Shown piece by piece: positions 13,875-27,200 of a DNA stretch of 64,000 bases; position 1 is the stretch's first letter, and every line of letters begins with the position of its first letter. This DNA is from Lingula anatina (lineage: Eukaryota > Animalia > Brachiopoda): NCBI GenBank assembly GCA_051362555.1, contig CM120642.1, positions 3,286,001 through 3,350,000 on the forward strand, in the 5' to 3' direction. The translations under genes were made by a program, and so were the position numbers. The notes beneath the pieces were generated by a model, which saw only the letters and a list, made by a program, of their open reading frames with translations, had not been told where the DNA came from and did no database searches.

Positions 13875-15096
13875 GTATGTAGACATACTGGACATACAGT
13901 CCAGGTAATACCAGGAGTGGTGAATGGTGTTCTACAACTGGTCTGTCAATCACAGCCAATGACCAGACAACAGTTATGCAGACTAGATTCACTTTCTTGG
14001 GAGAGAGATAAAAACACAGGTTTCTAAAATAAAAAGGAATTACTAGGAAAGGAATTTTAAGGGGGTAGGGGGGTAATGGAAATTTCTAAGGTTTTGAGTT
14101 ATTTTCATTGACATTGTCTTGTCAGCCATCAGTACTGAATCTATGTACACACACTAGAAGCATGCACTCTCACATATAACGGGGATTCTTGGTTTGGGAG
14201 AACTATTGAGCTCATTACATACTTGACCCTCATTGCTTTAAGAGCAGAGGGATAAACTGGGTGTATTGACGAATTTCAGATAACAAGCCAAGATGTGTGG
14301 ATGTTACAGCCCATTTGTAAGCTACCTTAATGATGCTGTTTTTCTGGATCTGATTATCATGTGGGATTTTTCAAGACTAGATTTGCTTCTAGAGGATTAA
14401 CACGATCTCCAAGTTGGAAGTTAAAAGAGGAGATATTTATGAGAGTTTAATGTAGCTGCTTTTGTCAAACTTGCCATTATCACCATGTAAGTTAGCAGTC
14501 CAGGGAAAATGTGCCCTCGCTTGGTTTCGTGCTACCTGCATTTACCTGAAGATTTAGGACTTGTGTGAAAGTTTTTTTTTTTTTTTCTCCATTAGGAATT
14601 TCTATTCTAGTACAACAGGTATTTATTGGTCTGGTGTTTTCTATTTATTTATCTGTGGGGAGCACAGGGGTTTTCTTGTCTGAAGAAAGTGCCATAACTA
14701 TTCTGAGATAATGCCAAAGAGGATATATCTCTGTTCCTGGCATTTGCCTGGCAAGGCAGGATAGTTATGATATTACTAGTATAGAGATTGCTGCTAGGAA
14801 ATAGTGAACTGAAATGTAGGTGTGCCGGATATATTTTATATTTCAGAGAATTGCTGTTAAACACTGTTTTTCCTGGTTTCTGATGCAGACAACAAGCAGC
14901 CTTCACATTTCAGATGCTAGATATAATGAGATGTAAGAATTCTTCATAGAATTATAAGCAATTCAAGATCTACTTTATAATTTTGCAGATCCACACCAAA
15001 AGTCTGCTAGGAAGAACAGACACATTTTGGACTAATTATGTTTGATATGAAAATGTGACAATTAAAATTTTCATTGTTTGATATTTTGTTTTCCAG

Positions 15097-15209
15097 ATTC
15101 ATCATATGAAAAAGCAGTGGGTAAACTAGAGCGCCGCGGCAGTCTGCCCATGGTGTCCCGCAGCCTGGAGGATAACATGGACGCCACCTCTGGCACATTC
15201 AAACTATCG
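15097..15209 (+). CDS. RasGAP exon (xSSYEKAVGKLERRGSLPMVSRSLEDNMDATSGTFKLS)
   Basis: ttttccag acceptor, TCG|GTAAGG donor, phase 1 to 0. The SYEKA..RRGS.P pattern resembles the raskol N-terminal region as I recall it. Confidence 0.85.
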
Positions 15210-18200
15210 GTAAGGACTTTTACTTGGGACTTGCCCCAGAATGTAGTGAAACTTTTTCCTTCAGAATCCCCTCATTAAAAGTTGTTGAGGAAAATTATGG
15301 ACCAGGTCTTTGGGCTGTCTTTGAGATTGCTGTCAATGATATAGATTGGATATTTACTTAATGTTGTATTTGAACATTCTTGAAAAACTCGCAAGAGAGT
15401 TAAGGTATATATCATTGATGATTTGCTAAAAAACAATCTGCTCACCAATTTTCTAAAAAAAATCTCAGTGGCCAGTGGCTACATAACTAGCCAGCAAAAA
15501 TGGGAACTGTAAAAAAGTTCATTTTTCTTTAGGTACTTATTTGAGATTAATGAGATTTGTTTTACTTGCTAAAGAAAATGACATTTAAACTGAAGAATCT
15601 CTATAATTTGAACCTTCAAACTACTGACGGAAATGAATTTCAACCTGAAACCATCCACGAGTAAAAATTCACCAAATATGGCCACCATCTTCCCAAATGC
15701 ACTGGCCCGTCTACAGCTAGAACAACAAACAGTTCATCTAAGATTGTATCATCAATAACATACTTGAATTCGCTCTTTGTTGATCTATTTTTCTTTCCAA
15801 AATGAGATCAATCTGGCCAGTCTTGTTCACCCTGGGAAGGCAGAAACAAAAATGCCATTTCTGTTATGTATTTTTTTCCTCTGGATAAGGCTATAATGGC
15901 TTAAGAATCCAGAATTCACATGTAATTGATTTTTGTCACACATGATGTCTGCCAGTTGTTAAAAGACCTTAAGCTGGAAAAAACTATAAATGTATTTTTA
16001 ATCAGTTCCCAGTCCATTTCTTCCAAAATTATCATGGTCAGAAGCAAGGCCAGCATTCATTGCCTGACTGATGTTAATTAAGGGAACAAATGGCTCCAGT
16101 TCAATAATTGCATAATAAATTGCTGTTATGTGGAATTATGATTGAAGTAAAGCTTTGAACATGGTCAGGATATCGGTGAGAAGTGAACAAATTTACGCTT
16201 AAGTTGATAATGATTGTATTGATAATCTTTGGGTTGATAGGTACAGCACAAATATCCATATCGGTACTTGTTATGCTTTATGTCAAAGATGTGTAAAATA
16301 TTACTATTAAGATAACCTCTTCAGTTCCTTCTACTCTAAACCTTTCAAACTTATTAACATGAAAAAATTTGTTAAAAATTTTTAAAAATAATTTGTCCAG
16401 AGTTAAGGGATGTAATGGTTGGTGTCTAGATACATATATATTTTTTCAATTTGATAGATGTCACAAATATTAACATTCTACTTCACATTGATCTGATAAT
16501 GTTTCATTGTTTTACTGCATCAGATCATCTAAGGCACTGGAGTGAATGCATTTCTTTGACCTGTACTCAGTACATCATAGTCATGTGTCCACAATGGTGG
16601 TGTTTATGCCTTCAGGTTATAAATGTGTTAGTTGTGAGGTGAACAAGAGAACATCCAGTCATCATGCTAACTTGCTGCAAAAAAGGAACTATTTCGTATT
16701 ATCACATATCAAGGGCTGAGAAACCTTGAGTGTTCATCAGAGAAACTGCCCCTCCCCCCACGACTACAACCACCACCACCACCACTACCAGAAAAATAAA
16801 AAATAATCATAGGTATTTTTAGAGACCAGATAATTATCTTATAAAATGACTGTTTACAAGCATTTGCAACTCATATGATTTGTTTTCTGAACAAACTAGC
16901 GAAATGTGCATTTTATGGATGGAAATTACTTGAAACTACAGGTTTAAAAAGCTAGGAGTGGGATGTATAAATGTTAAAATTTGCTCCCTGCCACTGCAGT
17001 GTAGTAGAGCCCCTTGAAGTGAGTGTAATTGGCCAACAATTAAATTTAATTTCCCCACAAATCTGAACTAGCGGTGGGAGATAGAATTGGTTTGTGATAA
17101 TAGTACCGACTTATGACCCTCATAATGTCTAGGATGGTTAAAAGAGAGCGTCCATAAAATTAGAGACACCTATTGTCAATAGCTCCAAGTTGTCTCAGAT
17201 TTAATTGTCACCGCTTGTCGAGATGGAGGCCCTTGGCGTCATATTTTATTCATTGCTAATGTTTTATTTGTGAGAAATGTACCTGTCCATTTTGTTGCTG
17301 TTATTAAACCCTGCCTTTTCTCTGAACATGATTGAAGTAAAGGTATGTAGCGATAGCATGATTGTAGCGAGGTTGCTACATAAGGTGTAGTATAAATGTT
17401 AGATACTTAGTTCTTTATATATTTTTGTATTTGTATTCAAGGCTAACACACTGGAAATTACTTTTGTACTGTGAGAAATTGGCTAGGTAACTTTAACTAT
17501 TTCTCCAAGCAAAACCAAAGAAAAAAAATCAATTCGTACAGTTCCGCAGATAATGTACAGTTTACAGAGGTTGCTAAAGAAATATTAATTGCACTTTGGT
17601 GCCTTGAAATATAGACATTTGCCTACACATGTCTACCTCACTTCAAAATTTCCCCTTCAGATCTTTTGTCAACCTCTTAAGACTCATGGTCATTTTATAC
17701 ATGTCATAGATACTGGGCACTTAGGGTTATGACTGGGACCCGAGGCCTGTTTAACAAAGGAGCTTTGGCCCGAAAATTGGTCTTAACTTTTGTTTCATTT
17801 CAAGACAGCAGCAGACCACCTACAATAGATGTTGGTTTGAAACATAAGCCATGTGTTAATATGGATATGAAACAGGCAAACATTTTTTTAAATTGGAATA
17901 CTATTATCTAGGGACAGAGTATACTAAAATCTTGGTGTTAAAGTGAAGGCCAATTTTTCAATCTCAAGTTCCCTTGTGAAAACTGGCCCAGGTTGGACCC
18001 TAAATTGCCAATATCACTGTCATGTTGTAAACATTCACCTCCTGAACTGTTCTATTGGCTGTCATTGAGACGTCCTCACTGTGCAGTCTGCTAGTGTTAG
18101 GGAGGGGGGAGGCTAACCTCCAGATACCTGACAACCCCCCTGGTGGAGTATTGTGACCAAGAATGTCTCTGTTTGTCCACGAGCAGTAAACTTGTTTAGG

Positions 18201-20738
18201 AGGGATTAAGATACTAAGAGGTCTGGAGAATGAATGAGATTGTATATTTTCCACTGGTTAATTTGTTTCTGCATGGTGAGAGAGATAGAGGTTTGAAGAA
18301 ACATGCACGCGTGTATGTATGTGCCTCTAGTGGGCTGGAACTGATCATTACCAAGGAGAGGCTTAGACCCAAACTAGGAACAGAGATTTTTTTTTTCTTG
18401 TCTGTGTGACTTTTTGAACTATTACTGGATTAGCAGCAGGGATTTGTGTAGATTAACAGCGAGGATATTGACTTGGATTACAGCGCTCACCTGCTTGGAA
18501 AATCTCCAGAGAAAGAATCGATCACCTGCTTTTGGCTTGGAATGTGATAGGTTTTTTTCTAGCAGAGACTTTTCAGTTTTATTGAGTTCTTCAGGTAAGG
18601 TTTTTTTTTCATTGATGACTGAGTTAAGCAACAAGGTGAACATCAATGATGAGAGGAGGCTCTTTTCATGCACATTGTCAGAAAAAAATCAAATACCTGG
18701 ATTGACCACAAAAGGCATTTGAGTACAGTGTGTTATTTTCAGTATAACTCTGACAGCTAGCAATTCATGGAAACTGATGAAGCATGGATTTTAGTCTGGT
18801 ATCAAAGTCCTAGGACAATGTACCTTGATAAAAGGAACAGTCAAGGCTGCTGTAATTGTCAGACTATAAAGGATCCATCTTTAATATTGCATTAGATTTT
18901 ATAGGCTGCCTTCACAAGTAAGTGTTTCACAATCTGGTTAGGGAGCCATGGTAGAATTATGATGCATTAAGGTAACCATACCATCTAGGCTTTGTAAAGT
19001 AATCTGAAATCAATTTGTGGCAGTTAAGAAGTCATAGAAGAAAAAGAGATGGAGGAAAACAAACTATTAGTCACTAACTTTTAACTAGTCGAGCTCCTCC
19101 CCTGGTCTCATCTATGAACTTTCTTTTCTTTTTGGTTTTAAATATTTTCCCTTTGTAAAAGTTGGATGTGATACCTTGGATCCAAGCCAGAGTAATTTGT
19201 AGTGCAAGTTCACAAAGGGAGTTGATGCCAGTAAAAGGGCAGTAGTATTCTATGTATGATAAGACCAAAGGGGCAGGTGCACCCTGGGTTACTACCAGCT
19301 GCCTGACTGAGTTCAGAGGTGCTGTCGGCCTTTGGTGCCCTCTGTAGTGGCAGGATCAAAGAAAGCCTGCCCAAGATGTAACATACTGCCTGCCTGCTTG
19401 CTTGGTCTAAAACATCATCCTAAGTCCTGCATTCCACCAGTATTGTCTTTCTGTTTTGATAGAATTTGGATGTAGTACATCTTGTCTAAGGGGCTTTAAT
19501 TTTTATCATTTTATCGTTTTAAGTTTAGTTGGAATTGGAGATATTTGACGCGCAATTTGCCTGCTGGATCTTCCTTGTTGGTTATCTGTAAGATCATGAC
19601 AGATCAAAGGTTGTTTGTGCACTAGGTAGTTCTCACAGGGGTTGCAGAACGCTCTTGGCTCTTGAAGTCCAGCATTCCTGCAGTATTTTATTTCTAGTTG
19701 ATAAGACAAAGAAGCATATTATCAAGTTTATTTAATTTTACAGTAAAAACTCAATTACTGTAGCATCTTCTGTTGAAATGTCTGAAATATCTGCAAAGAT
19801 CAAAGAGGAGTGACACTTCCTAGGTGGATCTTGGCTTAGGGGTTTTTTCTTGATCAGCTGCCATTATGCCATCTACTGGTGAATCTCCCTGGCCACTGGT
19901 TGTTTCTTCTGAGAGTTCAAAGATTTTTCATTAATTGGATGAAAAGTGAGCTAGTGCCCCTGACGCCTGTGGCTTCTTGTCCAAATCTCATTTTAAGGAC
20001 CTTGTGGTGTGGTGCGTTAAAACTTTGTAGGTATTTAAGAAGGAGAAGGGACTCCAAGAGTTCTGGCATTCTCTTATTTGTAGACATTAGATTGTTCGAT
20101 CCATGGGCTAGGCAGTGAAGGTATGCTGTTTATTTGTTTTTAAATTTTTCAGCTTTTGATATTGTTCTCTGTGTTGACTTTTTGTCTCAATTTTAGGATT
20201 AGAGCTTTTCCAGAATGCATTTGTAAAATGCATTAGAGGTATATACACAATTATCAGCGTAAAATGATAAATACAAAAATAATGTTGAGCTTGTGATAAC
20301 ATTCTTCTATTTCATTAGCTTTTCAGTGCATTCATGTAAAACTGAGCACTTATTTCTCCTATTTTGTGTCAACTGGCAAAATTCAATGCAGTATTTCTTG
20401 GACGTTAGGATACTGAATTTAAATGATGTGAATCGCACCTTTATGAAACACATGCAAATTACAGCATTAAACTTCAAACTTAACTCTCAATCAGGTGAAT
20501 AGGATTGAACGTGTAAGTGATTCTTGGGATAAAAAAGATGATTTTACATTCATATATTTAAGGATAACTGAAAGAGAAGTTTATCCGTGCAGTTAGAAAG
20601 GTTTTAGTATGATAAAGGACATTTTTGCACCGAGTAATAGTTGTTGGTACGCATCAGTGCATCCCTCCAGTAGCTAAGATACAAATGATTATCATTTGCA
20701 ACTATGGGCTAAATGGCCATTATTTTTCTCCTCTCCAG

Positions 20739-20854
20739 AGCATACAGAATTTCTTCAGCAAAAAGACCCTTAAGGGGACATTGAAGAGGACCAAGAGTGC
20801 CACAAAACTTGACAGAAAAAGAACAGCACCTGGAGCATTGGATGGGAGTGAATC
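20739..20854 (+). CDS. RasGAP exon (SIQNFFSKKTLKGTLKRTKSATKLDRKRTAPGALDGSES)
   Basis: ctctccag acceptor, TC|GTGAGT donor, phase 0 to 2. FFSK..LKRTKS..KLDR is the family's conserved basic motif. Confidence 0.92.
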
Positions 20855-23800
20855 GTGAGTATTCATTTTTTTCCCCAGTCTTAATTTAAACAGTCATAAA
20901 AAATTGGTGAATATTTTGTTTTGAACTGTGACCGTCATTTGCTTGATTATTCAGCAGCATTGCTAGTTCCGTAACGATTTTCAAAGTTTAACGGTTTTTA
21001 CGATTTGAAATAAACCACTTGGAATGAGAGTGTGTTTTACAGTATATTGCTGTGCTGTGTTTTTTCTACCACCGGTTGCATAGTAAACAAGGCATGGAGT
21101 GAGCTAGGGAGATGTGCAGTAACAAAGCATCATCTAGGATAGAGAAGAGATAAGACTTGCTGTCTGCCACACATTGTATCAGACATTTCAATGGCCCCAT
21201 TATGAGGAATGCAACTCAAAAATTGTATCAGACGTCCAGAAACATTTGTAATGCTGCCTTCGGGTTTAGCAGATTGATATCAAGGCCATCGAGATGAAAA
21301 GTTGCAGGGTGGATGGCTAGCAAGTCTTGTCTGTAGTAGCAGGGGTGTGTGGCACTTTCCACCCACTGTCTTCCACTGATAAACATTTCTCATATTCTAA
21401 TGTGTGGCTCCTTAGTATCAAGCTCTTCTGCTGATAATACTGTTTCATGATGTCTGGTCTTCCAACACAGTCGCCACTATCCCGTGGCTAATAGGGGCCG
21501 GTGTCGCCAGCCAGGCCTGATGCAGTGGCAAGTTATCTGCAAATGAGGCTGGAAAAAAGGGGATGGATCAGCAGTTATTTCAATTAAATTTAGTTTTCAT
21601 GGTTTTCAAATCTTCAGATGTTGGTCTGATTTGGATTTTTTTTCTTATTACTATCATAAAAGATATATTAATAATTTGGAAGTGCTAAATTCAGTCTAGA
21701 AGATTTCTCGTGGATTTCTTGTTTCCAAAATTGTAGAGACTTTTGTGAGATTCACCCTCTTTACTTTCTCTTGTACTTTTTTACAGCAATCTTACAATTC
21801 ATCATTGAATCAGTTGGCTCGGCATGGATCAGTCAAATTTATTTTGCACTCCAATTCCAATTACTTTAAATTTATGAGCTTAGAAAACTCAATTGCTTAT
21901 TTACCTTTGAAGAAAAGAAACATGCTCTTTTAATGGTCCTAATACAAGCTTATAAGAACCCTATTTGTGGTGATATGAGAAAATAAGACTGAAGTGTTGG
22001 AATACCAGACAAGCATGAGCAAAAAAGCTTACTAGCCTATAGGAGGAAGAAAATAGTACTAACTCTCATGATGGGAAACGTCAACGGGTAAGTCTTAACG
22101 AGCAGTGACCTGTTAACCTTTAATTAAAACCCCATAAACCTGTATCATTTGTGCGTCAACCCACAACCCACAAGTTTTGTTTTTACCTTTCACACCCCTT
22201 TGATGCCTAGTAAACCACAATTACACTCTAAATGTTATTAACGTGTTTATTCAAGTAATCAGTGCTACCTGGATGTGTACCAGGGTGAGTTTATTTAGAA
22301 AATAGAAAGAAATCTCCAGTTCAAGGACAAAAATGTTCTGGATAATTTCTGTTTTAAGCAAAATGGTCATTGCATCTCTGTCAGGTGGGTTGCAAAGTTT
22401 CAGTTTGGTGATAATTTTTCAAAAATTTCCAAAGGTATTGGAAATATAGGAAAATATGTTTCAGAAATACCTAATGGATTCTGAAAGTGCAGACATGAAT
22501 TTATCTGTGTAAAAATGTCATCCAAACAGATGCACTCTCTGTTCATTTGAACTTTGAACAACCTGTCTGCACCTGATGGCTAGCTCTCTAGGAACCCCTG
22601 ATCCAGCTCCAGGGATTTAGGCACGTTTATTGAACACGCTACTGTAAAAAAAATCTTAGAGCTTATGCAAAAATAAAGCTTGGTCTCAGGTGTCTTTTAA
22701 TCACGGCAGGAAATGTAAGCTATTTTAATAAAGCAGCCTGGCAGTATTTGCATCCTTTATTACTTAGGTAATCTAAAACCACAAGGTGAATTATGAAAAA
22801 ATGAAGTAGAATACAAAAAAAAAAAAAAAGATTTTTTTTTTTTTGAAAATTGTAAGTTTTAGCTTAAAATGAAAGATAAATAGTCTTGTTTAGTTTTGTT
22901 TATACTACCACATGGGGCCCCAAATTTGCGACCAACCTCTACTAATTTGATTAGTTTTTTTTTTCCTCTGCTTGTCAGAAATGAATGCACAGAGCATGAA
23001 CATATAGTATTGTGTCTAAAGAGCAAAAGGAAAAAAGATGAAGAAAGAAAGAAGATAACAGTTCACCAAAGTAAAAAAAGTTTTTGCATTCAACAATTTT
23101 GTTTTTTTTAAATGGGATTTTGTCTCCTTTTAAATTTTTTTTGGCACCAGAACCTGTGTCCATGCAGTAAAGTGTGTTAGACATTTTATGCACTGCTTAT
23201 TTAGCCGACTTTATTCTGAAGATCAGACTGTCACTGCGTCCTGTCAACTTTTCATGGCAGGTTGGCCTGCCAAGTTTACACTTTTGGCAGACAACTTTTT
23301 GAGCCAAAATTGATTTTTTAAATCAAATGAATAGAAGAATTGCTTTATTATTGTAAATATTTTTAGTCAGATAGGTTTTATGCTCTGATTATGTTGGTGA
23401 TTTCTTTGAAATTTTGTATTCATTTAACTTAAACCAATATCCGCTTACAATTTCACACTGGTATTGGTTTCAAGGGAACCTGGTAAATGATACTACTATT
23501 GTACTGATTACAAAATATACCTGTGTTTTTTCCCACCCTAGTGAGCTTTTAGTGTAAACATTAAGTAAAGTATGGAAAAACTTCATTAAAACCATCTAAA
23601 CTGATTCTCTCCTAACCTGTGGAAATATGAGCTACCACTTATGATCTGTTTCTATGATATAACTTACATTATGCTGGCCTTCGTGTAATTGACTAACAGC
23701 CCTTTTGCGTTTGAAATTCGATCACGCCATCAGCCCAGAGGGGTAAGGGGGGGGGGGGCATTTACCACTAACCTTGCTTTGTATAACACCACCCCTGGAT

Positions 23801-24186
23801 AATGCTTTCCATTATCAACCTAAAAAGGTTCACTTATTCACTGATTTAATAACTGTGGAGGTGAGGGCATCTGAAGAAACTCCCTGATCTAATAATATAC
23901 CCACTGGAGACAGGAAGCGTGTTAGCTGCATGTGTGAGACTGACGCAAAGAGTGCTTGGCTGTTTTAACGAAACCACACACTTGTCTGCAGTTGGGTTGG
24001 TGGTCTTCTGTGAATCTCATCTTTGTGTGTTTGTGTGTGATGCATGGACAGGAGAGGTAGTAATGACGACAGCAGTATAGTGGTGTGACTTTTAAAGCAA
24101 ATGAAGATGAAATGCTGTTGACGTCCGTGTTGTTGTTATTGTTGTAATGCAGAGAGAATAGACTGGTCAGTACGTTGAGACGAAGC

Positions 24187-24263
24187 ATGAGTCTCAGCCG
24201 CCTCACGCGAAGACGACGTCCCAAGATTGGGGAGATGGGTGTTGACGCCAACACGCCAGTAAG
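24187..24263 (+). CDS. Candidate alternative first coding exon C (MSLSRLTRRRRPKIGEMGVDANTPV-R)
   Basis: agcATG start, open frame, AG|GTGGGT donor in phase 2 matching the 32759 acceptor; locally CpG-rich against a CpG-poor background. Confidence 0.6.
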
Positions 24264-27200
24264 GTGGGTGCCGACTTCTCTACTGCATGAATTAAGTTCT
24301 TATGTGGGCTGACAACATGCACAGATTGTGACAACTCTCACTGCTTATTAAATTGCTATATTATATTTATAAAGCAAATTGGTGAGAGAAAATGTCCTTC
24401 CTCTTTTTCTCAAGGTAAATGCAACCATAGATAAAAACAAACACATAATCTTCATTTATCTTGTTAATTAAAAATAAGAACCAGGTCACTGGTATTTTGT
24501 GTTTTTCAATACTTTTGATAAAATTAATGAATATATGATAGCATATGAAATGAAATTATGGGCCCAATTTGTGCATGTATTTGTCTCTACTTCTCCTGGC
24601 ACTACTTTTCAAGCATGATCTCTTCTATGCTTTTCTTGTCAGAAATTGTTGAGCTTCAGCATATGCCTTTTGTTGATATATTTTCGTAGCTTGCTTTCAT
24701 AGTATTAAACAATGTCATGATTGGCATTTCCTTGGTATTGTCCATATTGATATGTTGTATTGATTGACATGTGGTAGGTATTGTCATATGGTGAGCGTTG
24801 TTATCGTGTATGTTGATGCTGGGGTTAATTAGGCTATATGTGATATAATATACGATATGATTCATGTTGTGTTAAGTATTATATGAATGTCTTATAATTA
24901 CTTGTTTCAGGTGCTCTTTTGTGCTACATCTATTTATGTACAATTATAATAACTATTTATACATATTTAATTCCTCACTCCTACAACTTTCTGAAATGCT
25001 TGAACACTGTTTATTTTCATTTCTTCAAAGTCATTTAGCACAAATATTGGGAACTTGTATGCATGTAAGATGGCTGTATATTTCAACATTCTTGTCATGA
25101 TGTTTGTAACTATCAGCTACCCAAATGTTCAAATTCTGTTTAAAAAAAGGCTTTCAACAAGATATCTGAACTAACTCAAAGCTAAAGGTGGTGCAAAGTA
25201 CAATGATTTTACTTCTTTGTAGTGTATACAAACACATTTGTGGGTTATCTAAATTCAGTCCACCAAAGAGAGAAGTAATCAGACGATTTTGTACGCTTTG
25301 GTGGTGGGCACAGATAAAGCATTGAAAGCAATCAGCGCCGTTGGAGATCAGGTGTACAAAAGGGGATCAAATGGCATAAGAGAGCAGCTGTTCACTTCCC
25401 TTAGCTGAGAGATATTACTCATTACTATTGGATCCATCACAAATTAACCGCACCCGGCCATTATGGCATCAAATGAAAGATTTTTGGAGAAGGTAGCCAA
25501 TCAGAGAGAGGATGCCTCTTTGAAACTTTGTCTGTGATTGGTGGATGATGTCTGCTGGTATATATTTTGAATAATTCCCTAATCTCAATTGTGATAGTAG
25601 AGTCAGTGGATACCCCAGTACCCAGTACCAGGTTTAAAGAATGTTTCTTCCAATGTGATATCAGCTCTAAACATAACGAATTTATTGACTGTGCGACAAC
25701 ATTTTAAGTGATGTTAACGGAAGCCAGAGAAGGCGTGGTTCAAATTATCCTTCCCTATCCATTAAAAAAAGAAAATTATTGCTGTTATAAAATTTAATTC
25801 AGTTTTTATCAACAAGCAATCAAGAGCACTTAGCTCAATCAGGTGAATAGCATGCATCATCTCATATAATACAGTTACTGGAACGTGAAAGGGCAGCATG
25901 GATGGATCCTTTTACTTCAATTTATTGCACGTTGATGTGTTCATTGTGTCTTAGAGTAGAAGTCATTTGTTGGTTATATGTGAAAAAAATGCCAATTAAG
26001 CAAGTACTCACCTTTTTGTGTTAATTGGTAGTAGTTCACTACAGTAAAACCTTGAAAATATAGTCAGTCTCAGAAATTTTGTTGTAATATGAGTCTCTGC
26101 CGATGCAACTTTTTTGCTAAGAGAATTTTGTCATACTTGAAAATTGGCGTCTTGATTATTTTGTAAAGTTCGTAAGATTCACACATTTTATAATAATATT
26201 AATATATTTTTAAGTGACAAAATTTTTAAGTTTTTACCGTATCACATTATTTGATTTTTTATCCTGAAAAGCCATATAATCTATTTAAGTGCAACAACTT
26301 CACTGCTATTATATAGAAAATATCATTTGAGGAATACAATGACACTTGGGAATGACAAGATTGGGGCTCAATGTTTTTGTAGTGATGGCCTCAGACAATA
26401 GAGCTTTCTAAGGAATTTTTTTCTTGGACATATAGGCTAAGATGAAAAAAAAAATCAGTCTTGCTTTGCTCAAGAATTGATGTCCTATGATGAAAAATTT
26501 AACTTTTGGTTGAAGTTTGTTTTTCTAATCTTACTTAACAAGAATAAGTATTTTTTTTTTTCATCAATGCAGAACTTGTCTCATAAGTTGCTGAGTCATG
26601 CTGTCATTTTTTTAAAGGCGAATCTCCAGGGAATGTGAACAACTTTCCCTGAGGGATGACAGCTGTCACCTGCTTACAGTAAAAGTCCATTATGTGATAA
26701 CTGTACTCTGTGTTTGCCTCTTCAAAATGTTCAGAGATATGACATATACAGAGAGAAATTGTTGCACTTCAGAATCTGTCATGAAATGGTGAATATTCCT
26801 GGTAAAGTTAAAAGTGGAACGATTGCTTTTCTGCTTTACAGTAATAACATTCAATGGAGTAAACTAAGCAAATTATGCATAATCTGATTGCATCTTTCTA
26901 ACAGATGGTCATGTCTTTGTTTCTTAATTCTGTGGTTAGTCAAAATGACAAAAGAGATTTACTTCATAATTTTGATTTCAACATTAGTTATGTTTGATAC
27001 TTCAATGTTCTGAATTGGAAATTATGACAATACTTTTACCTCTCACTGCTAATCTCTATCTCACATGGAGGACTGGACATTCTGGGCTGGTTTATAACTT
27101 TTAAATTATCTTCTTTGTCTCATGATTCTGGAATGAGAAGGTTATTTGCAAGGTGATCAGTGTAGTGGCAGTTAAAGTAAGTGCAAGGATGAATTAGGAA

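Noticed and set aside
18414-18722. 102-aa ORF with a good donor CAG|GTAAGG near 18594
   Set aside because: The ORF has no ATG before the donor, the frame needed for the phase-0 acceptor at 20739 has a stop, and the peptide is unrecognisable. At most a non-coding exon.
20486-25850. Exact 17-bp repeat CTCAATCAGGTGAATAG at 20486-20502 and 25834-25850
   Set aside because: A rough estimate gives a sizeable chance of one 17-mer match in 64 kb of AT-rich DNA, and the similarity barely extends.
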